From Yuukianura sp. NJ FZ-2021 (Eukaryota): a stretch of DNA of 64,000 nt. Below the pieces are notes generated by a model. That model was not told where the DNA came from and ran no database searches. It was given only the letters and a program-made list of their open reading frames with translations. Position numbers and translations under genes: made by a program. The stretch covers positions 8,432,001 to 8,496,000 of the forward strand of contig CM102285.1 of assembly GCA_046563655.1 (NCBI GenBank), read 5' to 3'. Positions 40,223 to 53,908 of the stretch are shown here, piece by piece (the stretch's first letter is position 1; every line of letters starts with the position of its first letter).

Positions 40223-42095
40223 TCACAGGATGGGACTCAGTAACGACAGACTTTTGTCATATACCTTGTTAACTGGTAGTAACACGTCCGGCAAAATATC
40301 TTTACATACGTTAAATGAGGAAATTTGTCCACATCTTTGTAGCGGGGCACAATCAGAGTCTGCGACGCAGAAGCAGTTGTCAAACAGTGCGCAATGTTCT
40401 TCCTTTTCGTCTATCGTCAACGTATCAGCCACGCCCAACGTTCGTCTCCCAAAGTTATTCAAAAAAAGTCCATTCGGATCATACTTTTTCATCAAGTTTT
40501 GAAATTTCCCCAAGTTCGGTGTGGTTCGGATTAGCATTTGTCGTGAGTGAAAAGCTTGACCACACATTGACCAGTGAGGTCTCCCGTTGTGTTTAAATAC
40601 CTACGCAAAATATAAAATTAAAACATAAACTCAACTTGCACATTTTTAAAACAAATTTCTAAAAGTGTTTTTTTTTTAAGTTTACCATCGCTTGTTCAAT
40701 GGCTTGAATCGCTCCCAATCCCGATCTAGGCGTCTTGAACCTGTTTTGCCTCATAGGTGTCACTATTTCGATGTGCACCGTGTCACGTCCATATTCAACT
40801 GACATGACGCCAGTGCTTGCTGGGGCAAACCTTATGAAAATCCCGTAAATTGGAAAAGACGCTGGATACTGCGCAAGAATATTTCGCATGGTGAGCACTG
40901 CAGGCTGAAATTCTTCAATGGGTAACCCAAACGCACTCTCATGGACGTAAACCTCCTGATCCCAAGCACATTTTCCTGGAGTACAGCGATTTGACATTAG
41001 GTCATGAACGTAACCAATGGCGGGATTTTTGATTGTTTTGCCACCATCTTCCGAAAACACTGGTTGTCTAAACACGACTTGTTGATACAGTGACTTTTCT
41101 GCCCAGAGTTGCAACGCGTCAAGAGTCAGTTGACTGCGCAGCGCCTGAGAACTTTCAAAGGCTGCCTTAATTCCTGCGGCGACAAGAGGCTGCACGTCAG
41201 GAATGTTGTACGTTTTTGCATTTCCTGGAACGGAATCATTCAAAAACTTCCCCTTGGACACTACAACTGACTCTGAGCTCGGAAACCACCAAAACTGTGT
41301 CCAATCATGAATGTAGGCCATGCGCAGTAAAGAACCATCGAATAGTTTAGAGTCAGGTAGTCGGTAATTTTCAACATGCATCTTGTATGCTTGTACAGTT
41401 TTGAATGTTGCATCCACAATGATTCCGAGCAACCCCAAGTGAACTCTAAAGCCATCAAAGTCCGGTGACCTCGTGTCAAGGTCAATGACCTCCCCCAAAC
41501 CATTAATCACAGTGAGTCCGACGACCTGATCCGACAGTGACGTTGGATGAAGCAATGTCGATCCTCGTGCTCCAGTACCAAGGGCTCCACCGATCGTCAC
41601 TCCACCATACGACGGAATGTGACCCCGCAGAGCACGGCCATGTCGCTTGAGTTCGGCAATAAAATCGGCAAGTTGTGCTCCTGCGCCGGCCGTTACGGTA
41701 TGTGTGTCTGCATGGACGTGGACGTATTTAATTCGGCGCATATCCACTGGAATTCCGTCCGTACAAATTGTGTCGAGGACGGAATGTCGAGCTCCAAAGG
41801 CTTTCACGGTTGTGTTTAACATGATGGCCCGAGCCACAATTTTGCGTAGGTCTGCTACTGTCGAAGGATATTCGACGTCGTACTGTGCGTGACAAGTAAT
41901 TTCCGTTTGGTAGGATTGGTAAACTCTCTCAGCATGGAGTATGCTGAAAAATGGAAACGTTTAATAAAAATCAACTGAAATTATTTTTCGGAGTTTTTTC
42001 TTATTTGAAGTTTCTTAGCGTTTTAGTGTATACCTTGTCAGCACCAATTGTGCCATTGTGATTACTAAAAATCTGCAAGGAGGACTACTCAACAT
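40223..42095 (-). CDS. secreted L-gulonolactone oxidase-like FAD-linked oxidase (plant GulLO/ALO type); exons 42095-42034, 41943-40686, 40600-40223
   Basis: Signal peptide MLSSPPCRFLVITMAQLVLTSILHA; TCHA..VEYPSTVADL; FAD-binding VKAFGARHS, GVTIGGALGTGARGS, HLGLLGIIVDATF; ALO C-terminal GRPHW and KYDPNGLFLN; Cys-rich tail CALFDNCFCVADSDCAP...C. Confidence 0.88.
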
Positions 42096-42884
42096 TATGC
42101 ACTAATTGATGTAAACTAAGAAAAAAGATCGAGATCGACTGAGCTACAATGCTCAAAAGTGAGAGACAATTGTTTTACACAAACACATGCTTTTATTGCT
42201 TACACATTTAATTGTTTTGCAATGGGATGAGCAATTGAGCTATTAAATGAGCAAATTACCAATTACGTTTCTTCTATTAAAAGCAACAAGGCCAAGTAGT
42301 TTTAAGTTGTCACTATATCATATCATACTAACCATAGTTGTTTGCTTCACGCCAGGGGTGCTAATTCTCTCGTCGAACTTTATGTGTGAGAGAAATGCAC
42401 GCAATTCCAGATGCATTAAGATTTTCACTTTGCGAGAATTCCAAACGTAAGAATTCCATATGTGTATTGCATTGCAACTTTCACATGATGAAATTCCAGA
42501 CATAAAATTCCAGAGTCAAAATAATTTCAGATGTAAAAGATGTAAAAATCCTTCAACCGTATAGATGCCGAAGACTTCAAGAGTAGAGGATTTTCGTGTT
42601 GTACATTATTTCATATTAACCTAGACCAAATCAAGAATTGAAAAACTATGTAAAGTGATTAATTATTAGTGGTTTCGATTAAGTAGGTTCTATGTCGTAG
42701 TATGCATTACAAGTAACTATTAATTCCCGTTTAGGAGAATTGGTAGACTCTCGCAGCTTGCGGTATTCTAAAAATTGAAAATGTATAACAAAAACGCCAA
42801 AATCAACCCATACTATTTTTTGGAGCCTTTTTCATTGTGTGGAATTTTCTTAGCAGTACCATGTACCTCGTATGAATCAATTCT

Positions 42885-43200
42885 ACCATTGTGAATGTGA
42901 TTACTAAAATTCTGTAAGGACTACTCAACAATATGCTATATAGTATAACGAAAAATGAAACGAGATCGAGTGAGCTACAATGATTAAAAAATGGCAGATT
43001 TACACTATTACACTAGAAAATGCTTTTACGTGCACGATAAATTATTTTTTATCATGTAATAGACAACCGACGTATAAAGTGAAGTACTAACTTTTTGTTA
43101 ATTACATTTCTATATTGAAAGCATCGAGGTCAACCAGTTTTAAGGAGTTACATCATCTTGATCTTGAATTTACGAGTGTTGCTTGCTTCCACATTCTCAA
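42885..43200 (-). pseudogene. decayed duplicate of the oxidase exon 1 and proximal promoter (copy of ~42042-42350), start codon ATG->TTG
   Basis: TGTGATTACTAAAA(A/T)TCTG(C/T)AAGGA..CTACTCAACA(T/A)TATGC...CGAGATCGA(C/G)TGAGCTACAATG...AATTAC...AAAGCA...AGTTTTAAG is collinear with the gene's 5' end. Confidence 0.8.
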
Positions 43201-46200
43201 ATCGCTAACAGCACGGGATGGGAAAACTATGGGTAGAAAGCATGACCTAGTGTTATTGAGTTAAGTTCGCGATGATGTACAAACATCACGGTTATCCAAC
43301 TATAGTAGTGGTTAAAGCACTCAAACACAGCGTCACGTATCATGCGTTGGGTTGAAACCCGAAGTTTATATGACAAAAGGTCACTGTGCCTTCACACAAC
43401 AGTTCAAGGTCGCCCTGATTACAAAGAAATACTAAAAAGGCTTAAAGTGATTGATGTGTCAGTCAATGCTTAAACAAACTATAGAGAAAGCTTCTCAAAG
43501 AAAATCATCACTCTAACTTCCGTTCCTTGAGGCAATCCATAATTGAATTATGGAAAAGTCATTTCCAAACACGCAAGTGAAAGTTATTCTAAAATTATCC
43601 ACATAAGCTTTTGATTCCTTCCCATTATACTACAGCCTATGATTTATGAGTGGAGGAAGTCCTAATTTTCTGATGGTTCGTTTCCGTTGTGCACCTTCAT
43701 CTTTCTGCATTTGGAATCTTTGGCTTAATATTTGTAATATCTAATGTGGAGGTCAAAGGTTAGGTTAGGTAAGGAAACCATTAGGTTGGGCATGAGTTAT
43801 GGCCATTTGTCCCAGGTGAGCACTTGCTTTTATAGGAGAAGAATGGAAAGTACTAGAGGGAGATGAGCTTCTAACGAAGGCTTCCAAATGAGTGCTTTCC
43901 TCTCTAATTAAATTCTAAATCCTCTTCAAAAACTTTCACAAATTTTCTGTTCCAAGCCAAAAGCATTTGCTCCTGAGTGCGAAATAATTTAGTTTTTACT
44001 GCTCCACATTTTGAAGAAAACTAGGAGTATGGGCATTGTTCCAGTTAAGTTATTAAGTCAATTGAGATTAATTAGTTGTTGCTGCAATTTATGTGTCGTA
44101 GATGCTAAGACTGCATTTTTATTAAGTTTAATATTAATTTAAAGCAAGAGGAAGATTAGAATCATTTTATGTGCAATTCTGTGAGTCGTAAGACGTTTCG
44201 ATTTGTTCCAGGTGAAAGTTGAAGAATTTGTGAAATAATGGGATATTGGATTTTGGAAATAAATTTGAAATGAATTAATTACTTTTGGCTTTCGGATTTC
44301 ATAGAAATCTGCAGATTATGAAACTTTCTCCTCCCAGTGTTCCATTGTTAGTAAAATTTCATTTCACTTCTGTTCTGGACTAAAACTTACGCTTAAACAC
44401 AGTTTTGGCGAGGCACATGGAATTGTGCTTCCATACCGTAACACGAGCAGAGTTCAATTAAAAGTGACGGAGGAGAGATGTTAATTATTAATATTTCCTA
44501 CGCTATTTGCTCCATGTTGTCTGTGTCTCGTCCATGAATTTGTTTCAGCATGCCTCACTCGTAGTTCATTAAGTTTCCAAACTTGTAAACTTAGACAAGA
44601 GGCTAGAAAATAGACAGAATAAGGCAAATATTGAATCTCTCAATTCGCTTTCCGCGTTCCCACGGGGGAAGGTTGAAGGTAAACCACTCTGGTGAGAGTT
44701 ACGAGCTTAATTTGCACACACACTTCCAAATGAAAGCGAGGGAAAGCTTTGGTTCGATGCTTGAAGTTGTAGACGCAGTGATGAGTCTTGGTTAAAACGG
44801 AGCCAGAGTCATATATTATGTATTTCCCTAAAAAGATTTCAGTGTCTTCGTATGGGTTGTTGAAGGGTTTTGTGAGGGTGTGAGAGTGAGCCTAACGTAA
44901 CCTGTGAAAGTGAAAGTTGACTTTGAATATGCTAAGGGCGAAAGTGAAAGTGAAGATTTGATCTCATCAGACTGACATTTATTGCTAATAGAAAACGAGG
45001 AGACGCTTAGCAAGAATTATGCCTTGGTGGCCTTAATCAGAAGAGACACACGGCCAAGGAACCAGAAACTCTACTTTCTCCACTAATGCAAAAATGTCAC
45101 TCGCCAAGAAAAAAAAGTAGCGTCTCGCTTCAATTATTTTTGGGTTCTCTTAAGCTTGAGGCTAGGTTGGAAAATTCGTTTGCAAAGGTTGACATTTTCT
45201 GGTATAAAAGCTTTTTTTGGCATAGTATTTTTTTTAAAATGTGTTTGACCAACCGAGGCCTTAGGACACGAGTAACCTGGAAAAAAAAAGTTCATGAACA
45301 AAAATAACACAAAAGTAGGTTATCAGTTGTAATATTTTATTTTAGAACCTATAAATGCGGGTGGTCAAAATTTGAAACTTCTTTTTGATTGCTTTGAATT
45401 ATTTTTGGACTTTTTTTTTGAAAAACCGAAAGTAACTTGATTCTGTTTGCCAAAAATTGGCATTTAATTCCACGAACGTTGAGCAACGTTCCTGGTAAGA
45501 CGTCAAGAACCAGACGCGTCAACTGGGAAGATCAAAACACTTTCAATGTTGACGAACAAATTGCTTCATCTTTTAGGTTTGGAAACAAATGACGTTGTTA
45601 GAATTCCCATTTTGGGCTAATTTCCTAGGAAAAACGTGGAAATGTGGTTTGTGTTCAACTGGTGAATTTCTGCTTTCTTCCTCTGGCACGTCTGCTGCCC
45701 TCACCACAATTTATTGCAGAAATCTTTTCGCTTTTCTTTTCCAGCAGTTTCTAATCGCATCTCCATCATCCACTTTTCTTTAATTCACAAAACCCCACTG
45801 ATTGTGCTGACTCTGTAACTTTGTGTAACTCCACCAGCAAATGCTCAATAAAGGCCTTGAACAGGCACGCTTTCCCATTAACTCAATTATGGCGGGAAAA
45901 GTCTGTTTTCCCCAACATTTTCCTTTAATTCTGTTTAGTCATGGAAGATAAAACTGAATTTTCCGGCTTTCACCATAAGACTTTCTCTCTTGAAAGTTCC
46001 CATAAGGTTTAGGTTATGTTTGCCTAAGACGACATGTATAATTTTATTGTCTCTTTGCAGCAGCTATCATAACACACTAAACTAAGTTATATATAACTCT
46101 CTGTTTCTTTTTTAATTAGTTTAGTTAGCACACTTAACGTTTGAAACCTATAAAAGGAAGGATGCCTTCGGGAAGTCTCATTCACACACCATCTTAAGAC

Positions 46201-46388
46201 GACAAAAGACAAACGTCATCCTACTCTAGGGCCAGTTTTTGTCTAAATAAAGTATAAACTAGGCTCCTAACTAAAAAGCCAAAGAGGAATGGACATGGGG
46301 CTCACTATGTCCATTCTTCTTCGAGTATGTTGAGCCTTGGCAAGGATCTTCTGGCATCTGAAACCTGGAACTTTTGACCTCGTGACCT

Positions 46389-49300
46389 CTAGGTCATATG
46401 CAAGTCTCCTTTGATGATGCGCGTGAAGGTCTTTTTGAACTGTTGATTGGCAAGGGCGTAGCAGAAGGGGTTGATGGGGCTGTTGGCGTAGCAGAGAAAG
46501 TAAGCAAACATGTAGACATGGGAGTTGATGCAGCCACAGAAGCCTTGCCACATTGCCAGGATGTGATATGGAGTCCAGCAAATGACAAAGGCTCCGAGGA
46601 TGAAGGATATTGTCCTAAGGGCCTTCCGAGCACGATTCTCAGACTTGGACTTTTGGCGGCCATCGGCAATTCGCTTCTTCCGGCCTTTGATTCTCTTCCC
46701 AATTGACTTTACTAAACTTTTGGACTTGAATTCTCGTGTGTCTTCGGCCGACGGCGGACCAACCTCTTCGTCCCGCCGAGTCGAATTGACGCGCTCGATT
46801 TTTTCTTCCGGTAGAACAGTGGCTGTAACTGTTGTTTGCGAAACGACGACTTCGACATGGGACTCTTTCACATTACGACTTGACGAAGGGAGTGAGGTGG
46901 AATCAATTTGATCAGAAATCGGCAGCGGTTCCGACGAAACGGCTTGGCTCCGAGATACCGGTCGAGAGTTCGTCCCACTTCCACTACTGGATGACCCCTC
47001 CCACGGTCCAGTTCCTAAACCGGAAGTAACACTTTCTCTAAGTCCAGCACCACCAATTGTTATAACTGTTTTACTACTTCTAGTACACATATCACTAAAC
47101 CCTGCTTGGGCATCACCCGGTCCGGTATTTTCACCCAAAGAGGGACTTTTAATCACGTTTGGAAGAGTTGCAACAGGAGAGTCAAATCCAGAGTAAGCTA
47201 AAGATGCCGGGGCAATGTACGGCATTGACTCAGAACCAACAAAGTCACCGCAAGTACAGTTTTCTGGATTCGCATGCGGAGCACAGCGAAAGCCGAGTTC
47301 GGCGTAGGGAAGGTTCATAGAGCCACTGCAGCTCTCCGGTGGCCGGGGGCCCTTGGTGCAACAAATGACGGAGGGCGGGGACTTGAGGGAATGAACTGAC
47401 GTTGCAGATGAAATGCAGGGACATTTAGGTGTCGACGTTACTTCTGGCATTTGAAGTGACGTGAGCATGGCTTGCTGCAGGAGAATCTGTTGCTGTTGAA
47501 TGAGAAGTTGCTGCTGAAGTTGTTGAATGAGAGGAATCGTGGCCTGTGCCTCGGGTGACAAGTTCTGCTGCTGTTGAATCAGAAGTTGTCGAATGAGTCC
47601 CTGGAGTTGTGATGTCCAGTTGGAATTAGTAAGCTCGAAAGGGGGTGGAGTCGGAGTCTCAATCGTAATTGAACTGTCATCCATGTATCGTAAATCTCCA
47701 GTGTCCAGGAAACTAAGGGAAGACAGAACGGAGTGACGCTTCTCTGCCTCATCTACTCCGTCCCTTAAGTTATTGTCCAGGAAGGACACGACCATATCCA
47801 GAAGAGGCCCTTCTTGTCCCAACAACGTTGACGTTGAGGAATGAAGTGAGTTGTTGGCTTTCAGAGTTTCAGCCAGAGCTTGTCCCACTAGTTCGGGTGT
47901 TAGATCTCTTGGGACAACAGAATCTGTGTCACAGGAAAAGCACTTGGCTAACCTAGTGTCTGGTCTAGTTGACACAGTGCTGGAGAGGGGGTCAAGGTCG
48001 CCTGGCAAACTGCCTTCGACTTCCTCAATGTGATCAATCGGACCACTACGATGGATTCCACTATCACCGGAGTTCACTTTGACAACAAGAGGTTCGTCTC
48101 TGGTGGAATGACGCCTAGGGCGACGCTGTTCCAAATCTTTAGAACAGTGTGGAAGCGGTGACGATTTTTTGGTTTCAAATTGTAAAGTCTGTGGCGGTTG
48201 AACACGACGATTAACTGTAGGGGGAGAGCCAAGGTGCTCTAAAATTTCAGACGGTGGGGCTGGAGCCACAGTAGTTGTGACAACGGACTCCTTACGTTTA
48301 GGTACTGGTGGTGGAACACGGGTGGCTCCAGCATTGCTCATCTTCTTCTTGTGGCCACCGCTGTGTCCATGAGTCTCAGGTTTAGAACTGTGTTTTGTAG
48401 GTTGTTGAGTTATTAGAGCCACGGCGGCTCGCGGAGGTGGTGGGGGGTAACTGGATTTGTCTGGAGGAAGAACTGTTGTGGTGGCTCCACTGACAGTGAC
48501 CTTGACCGTGGTCACCTTGGAATTCCCTTTGGAGGGAACAGCTTTCCTTTTGACTTGTTGGGAAGTGGAGTCATCATCTGAGTCAAATGCAGGACTCGAT
48601 GACCTTTCAGCTTCTACCTTGGAACTGGTTTTGATTGATGTGGCCACTGAAGCCTCTCCACGAACCTGGAAAAGTGAGTCAAAAAACTGGGAATTAGACT
48701 GTGAAAGTTGTTTGGAGAAAAGTCGGTCATGAACTCGTGTAACTGGAACGAAAGTGGTAATCAGTCTCTATTAGCTTAAATTTTTAATGAACCTGCAGAC
48801 ATTAGAGTCGTGTCGCTTTCAGCATTTGTTTATACAAACACTTCTTCATGCTCACGTTCTAGGCATTTTGACACGCGCTAATTATACAAAGTCCTCAAGC
48901 TTTCTTTTGAGCTAATTGTTCAGATTTTATCGCACTTTTAATTACTACATTCTGCTTACAAACTTCCATCTTTTGATCTAGCATGCGAAAATTTTTGTAA
49001 ACTTTTCTTCAGAATAATTGTTTTTCTCCTGTTTTCGCTTTCAGTTTTTCGTCAAAGTCAAGCAAACCCCATGCAATAAATTGAGAAACAGTAAAGCTTC
49101 ATCCACACAAAATTGACCCAGTTGGATCATTTTTAAATGAACGTTCGTTGCTGAAATAATTGTTCTTAACGTACGGACAGACAGACAAGGCCAAACGTAA
49201 GATCGCTTTACAAATAAGTAAAACAAAAGGCTTGAAATGGATCCCCAAGAATTTCTACATTCCAAACAGGATTTCTCCAAACAATTCTTGAGCTGACCAG

Positions 49301-52300
49301 AATTAAAAAGAAAAAAGGATTGGAAGAATTTTACAATCATTGAGTGGTGTGGACTTCGTTTTAGACAAACCGAACCTGATCGGAATTTAGAACAAAAAAG
49401 AAAGCTAGGAGGGAAAGTCTAAAATTTCCAAATAAAAAAAGTCAGACTTTGGTACTATTGATTTATTTCATGATCTCCCAGCTCTCAAGATGATTACTTT
49501 AGAGAACCGCCACTTTCTCTGCTTTCTCCATTTCAAAAGAAAGAAACGAAGGAAAATGGACATGACCTCGAGGCACAGAAAGGTCAAATCACTTGTTCAA
49601 AACCCAAGCCAGCCAAACCACAATTTTTATCTCTCTGGTCCATTCCTGTGTTCAGCTGATGAAAAATGTAATCCCTTGCAGCAAGGACTCTGAGAATTGG
49701 AGCAGTCAAAGGTGTTCTAAGTATCCCATCTCATGATTTAGCGTTTCCTCGTCCTACGGCCTCTATTTACCTTAACTTTCTCTCCATTTGTGGCACCCGA
49801 GAAAGTTATTAGGCTCCCTCCCCCAAAGGAAATGTTACAACAACATCCCCCCTTTACAATTCCCCGCTTTTTTCACACCTTGCAGAATGGAACCGCTGCG
49901 GTGGAAGGGAGACTTAGTCCTCCTGTGTGCTCCTTCATAAATAGAAAGTGAAAGTTCCCTTCCTACCGTGCTTCTTGGAAGTTCCTTTAGACTTGAAAAG
50001 TTCCCTCCCAGGAAAAGTAAAGTTTAGTTGGAGGAAGTGGGTAAAGGAGGCATGGGAGAGTTGGAGGACACACGAAAAGATTATTTGGAGTGTCACAGAG
50101 GCATATTTCCATCCACTTTCACTTTCCCCACTTTCTCTCCCCTGTCAAGGATTACCCCACCAGAGGAAATCTAAATAACGTCAAGAATTATGTGCAGTGG
50201 AGAGGAAAACAAGGGTAGGGAAATGACCTTCAGGTTCAGGGGAAAAAAGAATAGGAATTGTCTTTTCCGAAACACATGGGATGATGGAAATCCTTTTTTC
50301 CAGATGGTGAAAGCATAACAGCACAAGAGTCATCTGCTGAACGAAATGGAACGTGGGGATGTACAGTACGGTTCAACTGAATTTTTCAAAAATAAATGTC
50401 ACTTTTTGGAAAAAAAAAGTTCCAAAATTATAAAGAAAAGGCGAATAAAAATGTAGAGAGGAAAAGAGCAGTTAGCAGAAATAATTCCATCAACTTTAAA
50501 TTTTTGATACTTGTTTCTGTCTCGGTTTGGATAAAATAAAATTCAATATGTTTGTATTTTTAAACTAAACAAACAGATAATTTTTCAAAATGCCAAACAA
50601 ATAGTCTTTCCTTAATACCTAACTTATTTAATTCATTATTGTTAAATTTTATTTTAACTCAGTACTCTGAAGTAACGTTTCGAGAATGTTTGCGAAATAA
50701 CCGTTTTGGTCATACTATTACACACCTCTTCACGTAGCATAGGTTTCCGTGTTCACTTGTAAGTTTTTGTGGACCATGCTGTACAAATGCGAAGGAGACA
50801 TGGGCTTTATGGCGTGGTCTTGAAGGAGGAAATGACGATGAAGGAAGACAAAAGTCTTGACGACGGTTGACAGGATAGGAAAATCTGAGTATTAGGTATG
50901 CATACGTTTTCTATGAATAACGGATGAGGGAGGGATGAAGAGGCGACAGGAGACAAGACGTAAAAACGGAAGCCTCACTTTCCCTGTTCCTGGATTCAGC
51001 AGACACCAACTGCCATCAGAAGTAGATTTCCTTATTTTGAAAATTTAAAAAATAAACGAGGAAGAGGATGTGGTGTGGAATTGGCATTTGGAGGAAGTAA
51101 TGGTGAATAATTCAGAACAGACGACTGATCATGGGGATGAAGATCAAAGGAGGGAGAAAGTGGCGTGAAAAGGGAGGGCGTGACAGTGAGTGGACGTGGG
51201 AAAGTGCCTAACCTAAACCAAAAGTATTTCCCACGTCCCAGTCGTAATTAGACTTGAATTAAATGCCTCTTCCTGCCCATTTACCCAATTTATGGTAGGG
51301 TATCTCCATTCTATTTTATAAACTCGTATAATGGCCTACTTAACTTCATCCACCAAATTTATTTCTATAATACTGTTTCTATTTTTACGCTCTTGAGAAA
51401 GTGCAGCTTAACGAGAACAGGTTGACCTTGAATTTGAAATATGCTTTTACAAATGAGACAAATTCTCAAAAGTTCCATTCTAATAGACTGATTTTTTTTT
51501 TTGAACAACTAACGATACGCGACACTAAATTTTTCAGAAAACGTCACCTCAAAGTCCTACCCTGCTAAATGTTCGTTGGTTTCGCAATGTTTTTGAGTTT
51601 GTTCATCGAATACTGTGTTCCAAACGTCTTTTTTGTGTTTAACAGATTCCGATCGCCTTCTAGCATATGTTGATTGGAAGAAAATAAATTCAGGGTAACG
51701 CGTCATCACAGCATGGCCAACACTTAAGGGAAAACTTTACTAAATTTTGATAACCTAAGCCTACCTCTAGATTTGCAGAGTATTGAGTAGTAGATCATTT
51801 TTGTAACATGATCTACTACTCAATGCTCTGCAAATAAGGATGTATCATTGTGCACTTCCTGTTTTTGTTAGTTGCGCACGAGCAAAATCGTGACTTTGGA
51901 TAGATTTGCTTAATGACTTATGAGAGTAGATTTTTGACGCGTCTTAAAACCGGTCATAGTTATTTAAAACAAACACCACGGAATTGACACGCATTTTACA
52001 CAGGCTAATTTGAATCCACTTGACAGGCATTCACGCCATCGGAGATTCAAAATTATTTTGTCATGGAAAATAACGAGCGGGTCATACAAGGTAAAGGTAA
52101 ACCTAAGCCGGCAGTTCCCAGCATTGTTAACTAGCGAAAGCTATTGAAGCTTTTGAAAAACTCGGTTTTGGGGGAAGGAGTGGAAAGTGCAGTCCTGTGA
52201 TTTTTAGGTTAGGTTAAAATTATTTTGAAAAATGAACCCTGAGTTGTTTACATTTAGGACGCTTAAGAAAGATGGCGGGAAGTGGAGTGTGCCCGGGATT

Positions 52301-53908
52301 TGTTATTTTTAGTGCAGAAATTGGTAGGAGAAGCTAAGAATTGTTGCAGTGCCAGCGGCAGGTGTCATCTAAATTATTAAAATTTCATTCCATTTTTTGA
52401 GAGTTGGAAAAGAGGAGAGAAAGTATGGGGTGTGTTGGAAGAGGACAAGAGAAAGTGGAGGAAGGAAATTAGAGTCATTGGAGTTCCCTGAACAGCCCTA
52501 ACTCCCACCTATAAATGTCTCAGTCTATGAATTATGTTCTGGAGAAACTCCATTGTTTCCATACGAGGTCAAAGATCGTAACTCACCATTTACTTCAACT
52601 CCCATTCCCCAACTTCCCTAGCGTTGACGGGCTCAACCTCTTCCTTTCACCAGGGCAAATTCCATGAGAAAAGATCAAGAACCAACGTTTATCTTTCCAA
52701 TTTCAAAGAAATAGTGACAGTTCTAAAAGTTTGACTTTAACTATTTGTATTGAAAATAAGTTATGTAAATAGTAACCTGAGTTAAATATCTAAAATGAAC
52801 ATAAAAACAAAAACAGGAACAAGCTGCGTAACCCAGGTTGAATTCAGTGCGGCAAACTGTAGTACACGGTTAGCCGTAACCTTAAGATTTTAAACTCGAA
52901 CAAGTTTGTGGCGTTTTAGTAAGTACGAATCCGAGTATGCAACAACTACCATTTCTGCTACACTACAACATCGATAATATTACGATGCTACGGATTTTGT
53001 ACGTAATGCTTTGTAAGGTTAGGTTAGCTTACTTTGTTATTGTTGACGTGAAGAGTCGTTGAGTTATTCTTGGTAGCTTTGTCCCCCTTGACCGTCGTGC
53101 TCTGTACTTGAGTATTTGTGATGCTAATATTTGCAGTCTTCCCTGCCACTCCAGCCAGTCCCCCCGCTGTCATCTTCACCATATCCTGCATGCGACGTCT
53201 CTTGTCCTCTGCCTTCTTCTGCATGTTCCAGGCCGTGTTGTAGATTCCGCCGTAGAGGATGAACAGCACAATCAGCGTGATCCAGTAGTAGCCGATGATG
53301 AGGGCCGTGTTGAAGACAGGGTCCTTGAGGAACTGGACGGTACACTCTCCAGGGCCCAAGTCTCGGTAGCCCTTGTAGTGTTCCCAGCCGAAGATGGAAG
53401 AGAAGAACAGGACGGCCGGAATGATCCAAGTGATGGTGACCATGAAGATGACGCGGTTCTTGGTTCGCCAGGATCTGTAGCGAGCTGCGATTTTGACTGA
53501 GCAGAACCGGTCAATCGTGATGAGGAGGACTGTGTACTGAGAGACGAGGCAGACTGTGTAGTCGACAGAGAGCCAGAGGTCGCATAAGATGGCACCCAAG
53601 TCCCAAGACCCCACGAGAACATAGACGGTGTAGAAGGGCATTGACACGGTGCCAATGAGGAGGTCAGTGGCTGCCAGAGAGGCGATGAAGTAGTTTGAAG
53701 GCTGTCGAATGCCGCGATCCACGATGAACGCAAGGAGGACGAGGATGTTGCCACCTACGGTAAGGATCATGCAGATCCCAATGCAAACGGCGATGAAGAC
53801 GGAGAACCAGAATGGAAACGGTGGTTCGTAGGCTCCTGACGCGTCGTTTTCGCCTAGAAGTGTCCCGTTCACGTACGATCCATTTGTCTCACCACTTTCA
53901 CCCAGCAT
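46389..53908 (-). CDS. mAChR-B: muscarinic acetylcholine receptor, B-type (GAR-1/2-like), ~1050 aa; exons 53908-53033 and 48665-46389
   Basis: TM1-5: [33 protein letters not shown]...CDLWLSVDY...ITIDRF. TM6-7: [24 protein letters not shown]...[23 protein letters not shown]. Phase-0 intron 53032-48666. TPYH rather than the A-type TPYN supports B-type. Confidence 0.92.
50364..50781. mobile_element. probable old Tc1/mariner-type MITE in the mAChR intron
   Basis: TA|CAGTACGGTTCA ... TGGACCATGCTG|TA (imperfect TIR), with an AT-rich interior contrasting with the flanks. Confidence 0.45.
51771..51835. repeat. near-perfect inverted repeat/hairpin (28-bp stem, 9-nt loop)
   Basis: ATTTGCAGAGTATTGAGTAGTAGATCAT-TTTTGTAAC-ATGATCTACTACTCAATGCTCTGCAAAT, 27/28 paired. 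Confidence 0.9.
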
